Counted from the first letter of the stretch, positions 9,540 through 19,138 are shown. The stretch: 64,000 bases of DNA from Candidatus Woesearchaeota archaeon (GCA_964428325.1 CAYRXU010000002.1:8505-72504), one strand, 5' to 3'. The notes: generated by a model from the sequence alone, not told the origin. Translations and numbers: made by a program.

Positions 9540-9562
9540 ACGTTTCTCGTTCACTTTACTAA

Positions 9563-9635
9563 GTCCCCTTAGCTCAGCAGGTAGAGCACGTGACTGTTAA
9601 TCATGGGGTCGCTGGTTCGAGTCCAGCAGGGGACG
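9563..9635 (+). tRNA. tRNA-Asn (anticodon GTT)
   Basis: Hand-folded cloverleaf: acceptor GTCCCCT/AGGGGAC, anticodon arm CGTGA-CTGTTAA-TCATG, T arm GCTGG-TTCGAGT-CCAGC. No encoded CCA. Confidence 0.9.
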
Positions 9636-9661
9636 TTCTCGTCGATACTATCATTTATAAT

Positions 9662-10759
9662 ATGAAAAGCACAATCAGTACAATGAATCCACAAAAAACC
9701 GTTCTTCTCGGACTTTCAGGAGGAGTAGATTCTGCTGTTGCAGCCTTGCTCTTAAAAAAACAAGGCTATCGAGTCATCGGCGCATTCATGAAGAACTTTT
9801 CAGAATTCAAGAACAAGCTCACAGGTGAATGTAATTGGGTCGATGAAAAGCGTATGGCTCAAAAAATGGCAGCCCATCTGGAAATCCCTTTTATCGTCCT
9901 GGATTTTGAGAAAGCTTACACTTCTAAAGTCATCAAACCCATGATTAACGCCTATAAGCAAGGATTCACACCGAATTCAGACGTGTGGTGCAACACAATC
10001 GTCAAGTTCCCTCTCCTCTGGAAAGAAGCCAGAAAAATAGGCGCAGATTATATCGCAACAGGTCATTACGCCCGCATAAAGAAAAAAGATAGCTATCAGC
10101 TTCTAGCAGGTAAAGACAAAACAAAAGACCAATCTTACTTCCTTTCTGAACTCACGCAAGCAGATCTCGAGCATACTATCTTCCCGCTTGGCAATATGAC
10201 AAAAGAACATGTAAGAACTATTGCCCACAAGCACAAATTCCCAAACGCTGACAAGCCAAGCACGCGAGGCATCTGTTTCGTCGGCAAGGTATCCATGAAA
10301 GCCTTCCTCAAAAATTACATAACATTCAAGTCGGGACCAGTCATCACCCCGGCAGGCCTTGAAATAGGGACGCACGAAGGTTCACAACTTTACACTATCG
10401 GCGAGCGCGTTGGCACAAGCATTGGCATTCACCTCAATAACGCTGCGTCCAGTAAAAAATGGTACGTTGCTGCAAAGAACACAAAAACAAACACGCTCCT
10501 TGTAGCTCCAGAAGACCATCCACTCTTAAAAAGAAAAGAATTTCTTGTCCACAACATTCACTTGCTCGCCAAACCAAAGAGCTCACTCAAGGTACGCATC
10601 CGTCACTTGGGCCCTCTTATGCCCTGCACACTAAAGAAAAAAGCAAAGAGTTTCTCATGTATGCTGAAAAAAGAATCAGCAGGGATTGCAGACGGTCAGT
10701 ACGCAGTATTCTATCATAAAGACCAAGTAATAGCGTCTGGCGAAATAAGATTCAGATAG
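9662..10759 (+). CDS. mnmA: tRNA-specific 2-thiouridylase MnmA (bacterial type)
   Basis: PP-loop LGLSGGVDSAV and catalytic Cys context (GICFVG). The start was moved to ATG 9662 because the track ORF begins inside tRNA-Asn. Confidence 0.85.
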   Translation: MKSTISTMNPQKTVLLGLSGGVDSAVAALLLKKQGYRVIGAFMKNFSEFKNKLTGECNWVDEKRMAQKMAAHLEIPFIVLDFEKAYTSKVIKPMINAYKQGFTPNSDVWCNTIVKFPLLWKEARKIGADYIATGHYARIKKKDSYQLLAGKDKTKDQSYFLSELTQADLEHTIFPLGNMTKEHVRTIAHKHKFPNADKPSTRGICFVGKVSMKAFLKNYITFKSGPVITPAGLEIGTHEGSQLYTIGERVGTSIGIHLNNAASSKKWYVAAKNTKTNTLLVAPEDHPLLKRKEFLVHNIHLLAKPKSSLKVRIRHLGPLMPCTLKKKAKSFSCMLKKESAGIADGQYAVFYHKDQVIASGEIRFR

Positions 10760-10789
10760 ACTTTTATAGCACAAGCCCCATAAACAGAT

Positions 10790-11353
10790 ATGAAGCTAAC
10801 AGACGCCATTGAAAAGCGAATGTCAATCCGTAAGTTCAAAGACAAAAAAGTTGACTTTGGAGATGTTCTAGAAATTATTAACTCTTCTCTCCAAACTCCT
10901 CTTGCAGGCAATATCTCCACTCTAAAGTTCGTCATAGTGACAGAACCTGACATGAAACAGAAAATAGCCGAATACTCCGACCAGCTCTGGATTTCAGAGG
11001 CAGATACTGTCATTGTGGTCTGCTCTAACACTTCGCGACTCAAGGCTCTCTACGACAATCGGGCTAAAGACTACGCAAGGCAGCAAGTAGGTGCAGCAAT
11101 CCAGAACTTCCTTCTACGTGCAACAGACATGGGTCTGGCAAGCTGTTGGGTCGGAGCTTTCACAGAAAGTGAAATCGCTAGCGCCCTTTCTATCAAAGGA
11201 GACGATATATCCATAGAAGCTATTCTGCCCCTAGGTTATCCTGCTGAAAAACCGATGGCAAAAAAGAAAGTATCGCTTGAAAACGCAATCTTCTGGGAAA
11301 AGTGGGGACAAACCAAGAAACCAACACTGAGAAAAGATCCTACAACTCGCTAG
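10790..11353 (+). CDS. nitroreductase-family protein
   Basis: N-terminal AIEKRMSIRKF, with overall length and pattern typical of the family. Confidence 0.75.
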   Translation: MKLTDAIEKRMSIRKFKDKKVDFGDVLEIINSSLQTPLAGNISTLKFVIVTEPDMKQKIAEYSDQLWISEADTVIVVCSNTSRLKALYDNRAKDYARQQVGAAIQNFLLRATDMGLASCWVGAFTESEIASALSIKGDDISIEAILPLGYPAEKPMAKKKVSLENAIFWEKWGQTKKPTLRKDPTTR

Positions 11354-11375
11354 GAAAAAATAAAGATCAAATTAA

Positions 11376-11639
11376 TTATCTATCAGTATAAGGAGGCCCG
11401 TAATCAACTCCCTTGGACAAATCCCTTCTAACTGCAGCCAGATATCTCTCAGAAGTCAAAAAAGTTGCGCCTAGGTCATTAGAAATTGCCGCAACGTTAT
11501 TATTCTCAACACGATTACTAGAAGAACACAAGCGGGCAGGAAGATGTGATAATGGAACAGGTTTTTCATCCGCAGACCCATCTTTATGATTTACAATCCT
11601 CTTCACTGTGAAACCATCAGGAACGTGCTCTTCACGCAT
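11376..11639 (-). CDS. hypothetical protein
   Basis: Open frame with ATG at 11639 and TTTTAAAAA about 30 nt upstream. No recognisable motif. Confidence 0.35.
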   Translation of the reverse strand: MREEHVPDGFTVKRIVNHKDGSADEKPVPLSHLPARLCSSSNRVENNNVAAISNDLGATFLTSERYLAAVRRDLSKGVDYGPPYTDR

Positions 11640-11686
11640 CAATAAACTACTAATTTACGATTTTTAAAACTTTAGGAAGAATAGAA

Positions 11687-11708
11687 GGGAGGCGTTTTAC
11701 CGCCTCCC
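11687..11708 (-). terminator. GC-rich hairpin downstream of ftsZ
   Basis: GGGAGGCG-TTTTAC-CGCCTCCC, a perfect 8-bp stem about 36 nt after the ftsZ stop. Confidence 0.5.
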
Positions 11709-11743
11709 GAAGATGAAAGATAAAAAAATAAAGTCTAACAGTT

Positions 11744-12826
11744 TTATCTGAAGACTTCTATACCCAGATCAGACATTTCCGATCGGTGTCCAGGTGCGTT
11801 TGTAGGTTCACGGTCTCTTCCAAGGACGTAAGGGGATTTGACACCAGTCATAATTGTAATGACTCGTACCTTTCCGCCGAATTCCTTATTGATACGTGCT
11901 CCAATGATAACGTTAGCGTCTGGGCTCAAGTTCTCAGTAACCAATTGTCCAACACTTGAAAATTCATCAAGCTTGAAGTCAGGGCCAACTGTAACGTGAA
12001 TCAGAGCTCCTGTAGCACCTCGGTAGTCCACATCCAACAAAGGATGTGTCAAGGCCTGTCTAACAGCTTCGTCAACGCGATTCGATGTGTCGCTCTCGCC
12101 AACGCCAATAACTGCTACGTCGCCACCCTTCATAATTGCCGAAACGTCAGCGTAGTCCAAGTTAATCAATGAAGGCAGGGTAATGGTTTCCACAATTCCC
12201 TTAATCATTGTACTCACTAGCTCGTTTGCAACTGCGAAAGCTTGCTCCATAGGTAAGTTACCTGCAATGTCTACTAGTCGATTGTTATCGATCACAATAA
12301 CGGTGTCAGTCACTTCCCTTAGCTCCTGAAGACCAAATTCAGCCTTATCGATACGTGCCTTCTCACATTCAAACGGCATAGTTACCACTCCGATAACTAC
12401 AGCTCCGCTCTCCTTTGAAAGCTGTGCAACAACAGGGGCGCTACCTGTACCAGTGCCTCCACCCATACCTGCACAAATGAATACCATATCAGCTTGACCG
12501 ACTGCCTTCTTCAATTCTGAGCCAGATTCCTTTGCTGCTTCGCGTCCCTTTTGTGGGAAGCCACCGCAACCAAGACCTCGTGTGATTTCCTTACCGATAA
12601 GAATCTTCTCATCAGCTTTGGTAATACTCAAGTGAAGTGCGTCTGTGTTGATGCCATAGATTGTAGCTCCATTAATGCCTTTGTTGAAAAGCCATGTAAT
12701 AGTGTTACATCCCGCACCACCGCAGCCGAAGACCTTAATGTTTGCCTTTCCAGCACGCAACTCATCAAAGTTGATACTGTATTGGCTCGCATTCTGGATT
12801 GCCTCTTTTGCAAAATCAAGTACCAT
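11744..12826 (-). CDS. ftsZ: cell division GTPase FtsZ
   Basis: Tubulin signature [12 protein letters not shown] and N-terminal [15 protein letters not shown] upstream. Confidence 0.95.
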   Translation of the reverse strand: MVLDFAKEAIQNASQYSINFDELRAGKANIKVFGCGGAGCNTITWLFNKGINGATIYGINTDALHLSITKADEKILIGKEITRGLGCGGFPQKGREAAKESGSELKKAVGQADMVFICAGMGGGTGTGSAPVVAQLSKESGAVVIGVVTMPFECEKARIDKAEFGLQELREVTDTVIVIDNNRLVDIAGNLPMEQAFAVANELVSTMIKGIVETITLPSLINLDYADVSAIMKGGDVAVIGVGESDTSNRVDEAVRQALTHPLLDVDYRGATGALIHVTVGPDFKLDEFSSVGQLVTENLSPDANVIIGARINKEFGGKVRVITIMTGVKSPYVLGRDREPTNAPGHRSEMSDLGIEVFR

Positions 12827-12959
12827 TTTCTCAACCTCCTTTCATCTTGTGTTTCTGCAATATCTTTTCTCTTTAAATAATTGATGTCACTCCAGAAAAC
12901 ACAATAAAGCTGAAAAAAGGGTTAAAAAGCGCGCTTACCAATTAACAGTTGCATAGAAG

Positions 12960-13574
12960 ATGGTGAGACTCGTAGAGAGAATTACTGGAAGAGATATAAG
13001 ACGTATTGCAGAGGGAGACCATAATCAATTAGCTAAGGTAAGAGGTTACGTCTATAATGCTATAACTTCACAAGTGAAAGGAAGAGCAGACGAGGCTACA
13101 ATAGATGACCTGACACAAGAAACCATTTTAAGAATAGTCGGAAACGCTGATAAATACGACCCTCGATACGCTCCATTAACTTTTGTAGGCCTTATGATAA
13201 GAAGATCTGTACAAGGATGGGCTCAGAGTTATTGGAAAAGAAGAGCGATTACTAATCAAGGATATTTCAGCGATGGAGAACAAAACAATGGAGAGTCAGT
13301 AAATAATAGGATGAATAGGTGCGATAGATATACCCCAATTGATAGACTGATTGACCAAGAAGAATGTGAGAGAGGAAGAAATCAAGCTGAAGAAAGAATA
13401 AAAAAGCTAAGAAAGGCCCTAGGCGAAGATAATTATGAAATATTATTTGAGCATTATGGGCTGGGAGTTCCGCAATCAAGCATAGCCTTTGCTAGAAATG
13501 TGTCTTTAAGTGCAATTAAATCAAGATTCCATAGAATGAGAGTTAAAGCTCAATCGGTAGAAGACATAGATTAA
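12960..13574 (+). CDS. sigma-70 family (ECF-like) region2/region4 protein
   Basis: Region-2-like IDDLTQETILRIVGNADKYDPRYAPLTFVGLMIRRSVQGWAQSYWKRR. Region-4.2-like HTH YEILFEHYGLGVPQSSIAFARNVSLSAIKSRFHRMRVKA. Confidence 0.7.
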   Translation: MVRLVERITGRDIRRIAEGDHNQLAKVRGYVYNAITSQVKGRADEATIDDLTQETILRIVGNADKYDPRYAPLTFVGLMIRRSVQGWAQSYWKRRAITNQGYFSDGEQNNGESVNNRMNRCDRYTPIDRLIDQEECERGRNQAEERIKKLRKALGEDNYEILFEHYGLGVPQSSIAFARNVSLSAIKSRFHRMRVKAQSVEDID

Positions 13575-14554
13575 TTCTTAGCAAACGTCTCGGCAACCAT
13601 CAAAGGAAATACGATTGTAGCATCAGCAAATACCTTCACGCTTTTCGCTCCAGAAGTCAACTTACCCCACGATACGGCCTCGTCAGGCATAGCTCCGGCA
13701 TCGCTACCATCAAATTCTTGTGCCGTATTCACATACACTGCATAATCTGCGCCATTGCGCAACATATTCGCATTCAAGATAGCATGCTTTACAAGACCAC
13801 TACCAAGAACGATAACGCCACTCTTCTTCAGGCCAATAGTTGTATTGTTAAATTCAACAACATCCTCGCCCACATCTAGCACAAAATCAGGATGTTTGAA
13901 CTTGAAGAAGTAAATATTATCTCCAAGTGCGCCATCGGTAATAACGGGACAATACACCTGCACATTATTCTTGGCAGCCCAATAGTAGATGCTCTGTTTG
14001 TCATTGATCTTCTCACCTAGAGCGCGAATAATATCGCTGGCCCTTGTGGCCTTCCCACTTTCCTTCTGTTTCTTGTACAATCCCTCAAGAATCGGCTGTA
14101 CAAATCGCTCAAAAGCAACATACCGATTATTAGGCACGAGCACGTTTCCAATACGATTAATGCCTCTCTTGCGCAACTCTACTCCAGAAAGTCTAAAGTC
14201 TCCAATAGTAAAGTCACCAAGACACTTGATAATATCCTCTTCAATACCGCCAGTCGTTGTCACAACAACATTCACCTTCTTATGCTCAACAAGCCATCTG
14301 AACGTCTCTCTCAAGCCAGAGCTCACCATATTGCTAGTATAACCCAGAAAAATAAACGCCTTCTCCTTGATCATCTCGTTCATAACACCAATAGCTCGAG
14401 ACAGATGTGTTGCCTGAAAGCCAGTCGAGTTGTAACTCTTAACAATTGCCTCATAATCAACACCTTTATTGAAATCATAACCTCGCACACCAATACCTTT
14501 ACTCTCCCCACTTCGGCGAAGCAAGTTCTTCTTTGCAATTTTTTCTTTATCCAT
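13571..14554 (-). CDS. dys: deoxyhypusine synthase
   Basis: GYTSNMVSSGLRE, TTTGGIEEDIIK and LGSGLVKH blocks typical of DHS. 327 aa. Confidence 0.85.
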   Translation of the reverse strand: MDKEKIAKKNLLRRSGESKGIGVRGYDFNKGVDYEAIVKSYNSTGFQATHLSRAIGVMNEMIKEKAFIFLGYTSNMVSSGLRETFRWLVEHKKVNVVVTTTGGIEEDIIKCLGDFTIGDFRLSGVELRKRGINRIGNVLVPNNRYVAFERFVQPILEGLYKKQKESGKATRASDIIRALGEKINDKQSIYYWAAKNNVQVYCPVITDGALGDNIYFFKFKHPDFVLDVGEDVVEFNNTTIGLKKSGVIVLGSGLVKHAILNANMLRNGADYAVYVNTAQEFDGSDAGAMPDEAVSWGKLTSGAKSVKVFADATIVFPLMVAETFAKN

Positions 14555-14584
14555 AGAAAATTCACTAAAAGAGCGTTTTTAAGG

Positions 14585-15622
14585 CTATGCTTTAACGCCT
14601 AGTCGCTTCCTAAATTCTCCTAGATATTTTGCAGGAAAACGTCCGCCCGCAGCAGCCACATGTCCGCCACCATCAGCACCATCCATTCCCTTAAGCAATC
14701 TCTTGGCGAAAGCATCCATATCAACTTTCTTATCCTGTCTTCGCAGGCTTATCTTGTACAACTTCTTATCCGCTGTAGGTGAAAGCATAACAAGCGTTTT
14801 GTCCTCATATTTACCCGAAATAATGCTACCTGCCATACTGCCACATGCAAACTTTGGATCAGACATAAAGAGGTATCCATCTGAAAAAGATTCCTTTTCC
14901 TTCTCAAACAGATTCACAAGGCGATTAATTTCTTTACGCACTTCATCGGCATGAGCTGCGAGTTTTCCAATGTCTCCAAAGCGAGTTCCAATCTCTTCAA
15001 AAACCAGATTCAAGTCATCTTTGAAATAAATTAAAGCAAGTGAAAGTGTTTCTTGCAAATCCCAAATACGTCCTGACGTCCTTACATAGCGTCCAACCTG
15101 TTCAAACCTGTCCCCATACTTATCAAATATCTGCTCAAGCCACGCAGCAGGCTTAATATGGCAATAGTCAGACACGCATGAACACGCTACAATCCAATCA
15201 AGTGCTTCAATATTAGCTACTTCAGAGAACAATCGATAACACAGATAACCTGCACAATACCCTGGTTCACACTTAATGAACGTTGTACGTTTTGAATTCC
15301 AATCTTCCTCAGCAAGATGATGGTCTATGATAAGAATCTCAGCAAAATCCTCTAGAGGTTTTAGGAAATCCCGAGCTTTGATATACAAATCGCTAAAAAT
15401 AACCTTAGTCATGCCTGCTAGTTTTAACTCCTCAGCCAGGTGCGAGTTAAGCTCATCGTAATTAACGAATTTCACGACATCCGCCTTAACAACTGCAGCA
15501 ATAATTTTCGCAGCAGCCATACCATCCATGTCAGTATGGCTCACAATAGCAATTTTATCATTCTTAGAAATACCCTTCATAAAATCTAGAAATCGCGCGT
15601 TAGTGCCAAAATCAAGTTTCAT
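14585..15622 (-). CDS. DHH/DHHA1 phosphoesterase (RecJ/GAN-like)
   Basis: SHTDMDG, IIDHH and GGGHVAAAG motifs. Confidence 0.75.
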   Translation of the reverse strand: MKLDFGTNARFLDFMKGISKNDKIAIVSHTDMDGMAAAKIIAAVVKADVVKFVNYDELNSHLAEELKLAGMTKVIFSDLYIKARDFLKPLEDFAEILIIDHHLAEEDWNSKRTTFIKCEPGYCAGYLCYRLFSEVANIEALDWIVACSCVSDYCHIKPAAWLEQIFDKYGDRFEQVGRYVRTSGRIWDLQETLSLALIYFKDDLNLVFEEIGTRFGDIGKLAAHADEVRKEINRLVNLFEKEKESFSDGYLFMSDPKFACGSMAGSIISGKYEDKTLVMLSPTADKKLYKISLRRQDKKVDMDAFAKRLLKGMDGADGGGHVAAAGGRFPAKYLGEFRKRLGVKA

Positions 15623-16308
15623 ATCTTCTCCAGGATTTGTGCATGAATATTCCGCTCTTTACACAGTTCAACAAACCGCTGTGCATCTTCAACACTTCCT
15701 ACGACGCCAGCCCCATAATGCATCGGTATCGCCACATCAGGATGCAAAACATCTGCAGCCTCCGCAGCCTCATCAGCATCCATCACATACGTACCAGACA
15801 CAGGCAACAAAGCGATAAACTTGTTATCTTTCTTACTATATCCGCTCAACTTCTGCATTTCAGGAATAAAGTCTGTATCGCCAGTATGGTAAATAATCAC
15901 ATTTCCCAGTTTCACCACATATCCTACATAGCCTTCGCTCTTAGGATGAAATACAACCTTCTTCACAGGATCACGATATTTATTCACATTATACGCTGGT
16001 ACAACTTCAATCTTCACATCCTCAATCTCAAGCTTATCCCCCACTTCAACAGGGTGCACTTCAATCCCCTGAATCTTCATCACAGCACTCTGCACATGAG
16101 GAGGGCCAATGACGAGCGTGCCTTGCTTCACCAGCCGCTCAATATCCTGCACACTGCAATGATCGTGATGATCATGCGTCAGCAATACAATATCGACCGG
16201 TTTAACATGATGAGACACATGATACGGATCAATAACAATCCGCTTTCCATTAGCTATCAGAAACCCGTCATGTCCAAGAAAATCAAGATTTACGTTTCCT
16301 ATCTTCAT
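15619..16308 (-). CDS. metallo-beta-lactamase-fold hydrolase
   Basis: LLTHDHHDH motif. There is a 4-nt overlap with the downstream DHH gene. Confidence 0.75.
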   Translation of the reverse strand: MKIGNVNLDFLGHDGFLIANGKRIVIDPYHVSHHVKPVDIVLLTHDHHDHCSVQDIERLVKQGTLVIGPPHVQSAVMKIQGIEVHPVEVGDKLEIEDVKIEVVPAYNVNKYRDPVKKVVFHPKSEGYVGYVVKLGNVIIYHTGDTDFIPEMQKLSGYSKKDNKFIALLPVSGTYVMDADEAAEAADVLHPDVAIPMHYGAGVVGSVEDAQRFVELCKERNIHAQILEKI

Positions 16309-16386
16309 ATAAGTCCATCACAAACCCAATTTTTAAAGATGATGTCACTGAAGAGATTTCTCTATCTCTCGTGCTATATCTGAGCC

Positions 16387-17700
16387 TTATCTCTTAAGAC
16401 GAGGATTTAGCGAATGGCTTATCTCATTCGCTATACTCATCATTTTGCCCTCATTGCCCTTAGCACAGATAACCTGCATACCAACAGGCTTTCCATCAAT
16501 CTCACCAATAGGAATAGATACGGCGCACACTTCTGCAAGGTTACTTGGAATAGTAAGCGTGTCCACGGCATAAAGCGCTTCAATACTCATCTTCGCTCCA
16601 AGCTTCCAAGGCAAAATAGGTACAGTCGGCATGATAATACAATCAACATCTTCAAGCACTCGCTCAAACTCCTGTTTGATCAACTCCTTAACTTCTCGCG
16701 CCTTATGATAATAACGTCCAGCAAACTCGGCCTTCGCAATCTCACTACCGCCGTAAATTCTCCTCAAAACTTCGCGCCCAGCACTTTCCTCAATTTTCAA
16801 GCCATAGCGTCTACCATCAAACCTTCTCGTAGCAGAGAAGAACTCTGTCCATACCAGTGGATGATAAGTCTCAATAGAGAGATCGATGTGTCCAAGAGCA
16901 ATATCATTCATCTTATGTTTACCTTTCTTAGCATAATCAGCAACAACCTTATCGACAATAGTCTGAATGCGCTTGTCAACTCCATCAACAGCAATAGTAC
17001 CAATCTTCAAACTCTTAACAGGCACATGTATCGGTGAAGAAGTTTCAAAGGTGGTCGTATCATGTTCATCCTTGCCACGAATTACATCGAGCACGAGAGC
17101 TGCTTCTTCAACCGTGCGCGCAATCGGACCAATCTGGTCAATACTCATGCACAAATCAATCAATCCATGACGAGAAACGCAACCATAACTTGGTTTCACA
17201 CCAACAACACCGCAAAATGAAGCAGGCACGCGGATACTTCCACCAGTATCACTTCCCAAAGCAACATCACAGAAACCAGCAGCCACAGCAGCAGCACTAC
17301 CTGAACTCGAACCTCCAGGCACATGCCCTTTCACAACAGGATTCTCAGTAGCACCAAACGCACTAAACTCACCAGAAAATCCACACGCAAACTCATCGCA
17401 ATTCAACATGCCAATAATAACTCCATCTTCTGCCTTAATCCGTTCAATCACAGTCGCATCATACGTCGATTTGTAGTTCTCAAGGGTCTTACTCGCACAC
17501 GAAGCAGTCAAACCCTTCGTATTGATATTACTCTTCACTCCAATAACCACGCCATAAAGTCTGCCTTTCTTCTTCTTAGCATCAATAGCCCGTGCCTCTT
17601 CAAGCGCACGCTCGTTTAGCTCAAGAACAGCATTAATTCTCTTATTGTCCTTCTTAATGGCATCCAGATACTTCTTGACCTTCTGCTCAACGCCCACCAT
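16387..17700 (-). CDS. gatA: Asp/Glu-tRNA amidotransferase subunit A
   Basis: Amidase signature GGSSSGSAAAVAAG. It lies downstream of a gatC-like gene. Confidence 0.9.
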   Translation of the reverse strand: MVGVEQKVKKYLDAIKKDNKRINAVLELNERALEEARAIDAKKKKGRLYGVVIGVKSNINTKGLTASCASKTLENYKSTYDATVIERIKAEDGVIIGMLNCDEFACGFSGEFSAFGATENPVVKGHVPGGSSSGSAAAVAAGFCDVALGSDTGGSIRVPASFCGVVGVKPSYGCVSRHGLIDLCMSIDQIGPIARTVEEAALVLDVIRGKDEHDTTTFETSSPIHVPVKSLKIGTIAVDGVDKRIQTIVDKVVADYAKKGKHKMNDIALGHIDLSIETYHPLVWTEFFSATRRFDGRRYGLKIEESAGREVLRRIYGGSEIAKAEFAGRYYHKAREVKELIKQEFERVLEDVDCIIMPTVPILPWKLGAKMSIEALYAVDTLTIPSNLAEVCAVSIPIGEIDGKPVGMQVICAKGNEGKMMSIANEISHSLNPRLKR

Positions 17701-17706
17701 ACAATC

Positions 17707-17976
17707 CTACCAGCTTACCTTCTCACACGGACGTGGTTGATACATAACACCCTTCACCAATTCGTAAAACTGCAACGTTTCCTCAACTTGATCATCAAAA
17801 TAACGCAACTGATAATCTACATCAGTTTTAGGATCAAAGAGCTCAATTCCCATTTCCTTAGTACGTCCATGATCTATCAACAATACGACAGCGTCTACCT
17901 CATACTTCTTACCGTCAATAGTGACTATATCGCCCTTCGCGAGTTTGGCAATCGGTTTAGAACCTTTTACGTGCAT
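17707..17976 (-). CDS. small beta-rich protein of unknown function, between gatC-like and gatA
   Basis: 89 aa, with a 6-nt gap to gatA. It ends ...PCEKVSW, the same terminus as the gatC-like product (...AEKASW). Confidence 0.6.
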   Translation of the reverse strand: MHVKGSKPIAKLAKGDIVTIDGKKYEVDAVVLLIDHGRTKEMGIELFDPKTDVDYQLRYFDDQVEETLQFYELVKGVMYQPRPCEKVSW

Positions 17977-18014
17977 ATACTGAAAAGAAAAATCACGTTT
18001 TTAAGCATTATGCT

Positions 18015-18257
18015 TCACCATGAAGCTTTCTCAGCAATAATGCAATCCTCATCCTTTTGAGCGGCATTAGCAAACATTCGCTTCCTAAAATCAGCATCGG
18101 GTCTTGAGCTTCCTCTCTCCGTTCGAGTCCCAACATCATTACCGCCCACATTTCGTTCCTTAGGAGTCTTTACTTTATCAAGAGTCTTAGCAAACTTATC
18201 CAAAATTCCTCGCGCTTCAGCACGAATAGCTTCCTTCTCACTTTCACTTACCATCAC
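18015..18257 (-). CDS. gatC: GatC-like amidotransferase subunit
   Basis: 80 aa. N-terminal helix SEKEAIRAEARGILDKFAKTLDKV and C-terminal FANAAQKDEDCIIAEKASW resemble GatC. Operon position is upstream of gatA. Confidence 0.6.
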   Translation of the reverse strand: MMVSESEKEAIRAEARGILDKFAKTLDKVKTPKERNVGGNDVGTRTERGSSRPDADFRKRMFANAAQKDEDCIIAEKASW

Positions 18258-18271
18258 TCCACAGAGGAAAA

Positions 18272-19108
18272 CTATCTTATAAACTTCACCTTAACACGTT
18301 TCTCATCAAGTGTAATAATAGCAGCCTCACCTTCATGCGCGGCTCCAGGATTCACGCACGTCGTCTTACCAAGCTTCTGCATCCCGCGACCTTCATGAAT
18401 GTGTCCGCCAATATGCACGAGTGGCTGCCACTTATCTATCGTCCTTCGCACAAGCTTGGAGCCGTAATGCTTTCCTCGCACCCTAACATGGGCCTTCATA
18501 CCGATCTTGTCTAACTTAGTATTATGGGGCACGTTATGGCTGACAAAAATTATATTTTCCTTCTCATGATTTCTAAATAAAACATCCAGCATCTTCTTAT
18601 GTTTCTTATAAGAAACGCTCTTGACTTGTCCGGGGCTTGTTCCCCCACGAGCGCCAATAAGAACGTAATCCCCAAACTGAATGGCAGAATAATCAAATCG
18701 CTTGATATGTGAATACTTTTTCAAGAAAGGCAACATGAAATTCTGGTCGTACCATTTCCATCCAGACTTGCCCCATGTTTTCGCGCTATATTGATCATTA
18801 TAAGCTGCGCCCATGTGATCAATATTGCCTAAGACAGTCAAGACAGGAACAGACAACTTATTCAACTTTCTGAGAGCTACCTCTCCCAATCTCAAGTCTT
18901 TCTCAATAAGCTCTCGTGTCTTAGCCTTTCCAATAGCCTCCCACAACTCCGTCTTCTTGCCATAACAATGTTCAAACCAAAGTTTTCTGTAATGAAAAGG
19001 AAATAAATCCCCATTAGAAACGACAAGATCAATCCTCTCTTTCTTAATCAGTTTCTCAAACTTCCGTGGAAAAGTTCCATGAAAATCTCCTATCGCAAGA
19101 AGCCTCAT
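18272..19108 (-). CDS. calcineurin-like metallophosphoesterase
   Basis: AIGDFHG, NGDLF, GNIDH, SHNVPH and GGHIHEG motifs. ATG 19108 is preferred over the longer track start. Confidence 0.8.
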   Translation of the reverse strand: MRLLAIGDFHGTFPRKFEKLIKKERIDLVVSNGDLFPFHYRKLWFEHCYGKKTELWEAIGKAKTRELIEKDLRLGEVALRKLNKLSVPVLTVLGNIDHMGAAYNDQYSAKTWGKSGWKWYDQNFMLPFLKKYSHIKRFDYSAIQFGDYVLIGARGGTSPGQVKSVSYKKHKKMLDVLFRNHEKENIIFVSHNVPHNTKLDKIGMKAHVRVRGKHYGSKLVRRTIDKWQPLVHIGGHIHEGRGMQKLGKTTCVNPGAAHEGEAAIITLDEKRVKVKFIR

Positions 19109-19138
19109 AAACAAAAATAGTTGAAGCAATTAATAAGG

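Noticed and set aside
9263-9562. Replication origin in the long AT-rich gap
   Set aside because: There is no adjacent orc1/cdc6 and no recognisable ORB-type inverted repeats. The repeats present look promoter-like.
9590-9661. N-terminal extension of the mnmA ORF (track start 9590)
   Set aside because: It starts inside tRNA-Asn (9563-9635). The PP-loop protein begins sensibly at ATG 9662 (MKSTIS...MNPQKTVLLGLSGGVDS).
15637-16383. 248-aa plus-strand ORF
   Set aside because: It is antisense to a well-supported MBL-fold gene. The product is low-complexity and Ile/His/Asn-rich, typical of a stop-poor antisense frame in AT-rich coding DNA.
17707-17976. orf89 as a truncated aIF5A (SH3-like GDIVTIDGKKYEV...IDHGRTKE versus the GKHGHAK loop)
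   Set aside because: The position equivalent to the hypusinated Lys is Asp and the C-terminal OB domain is absent. The resemblance is too weak to call.
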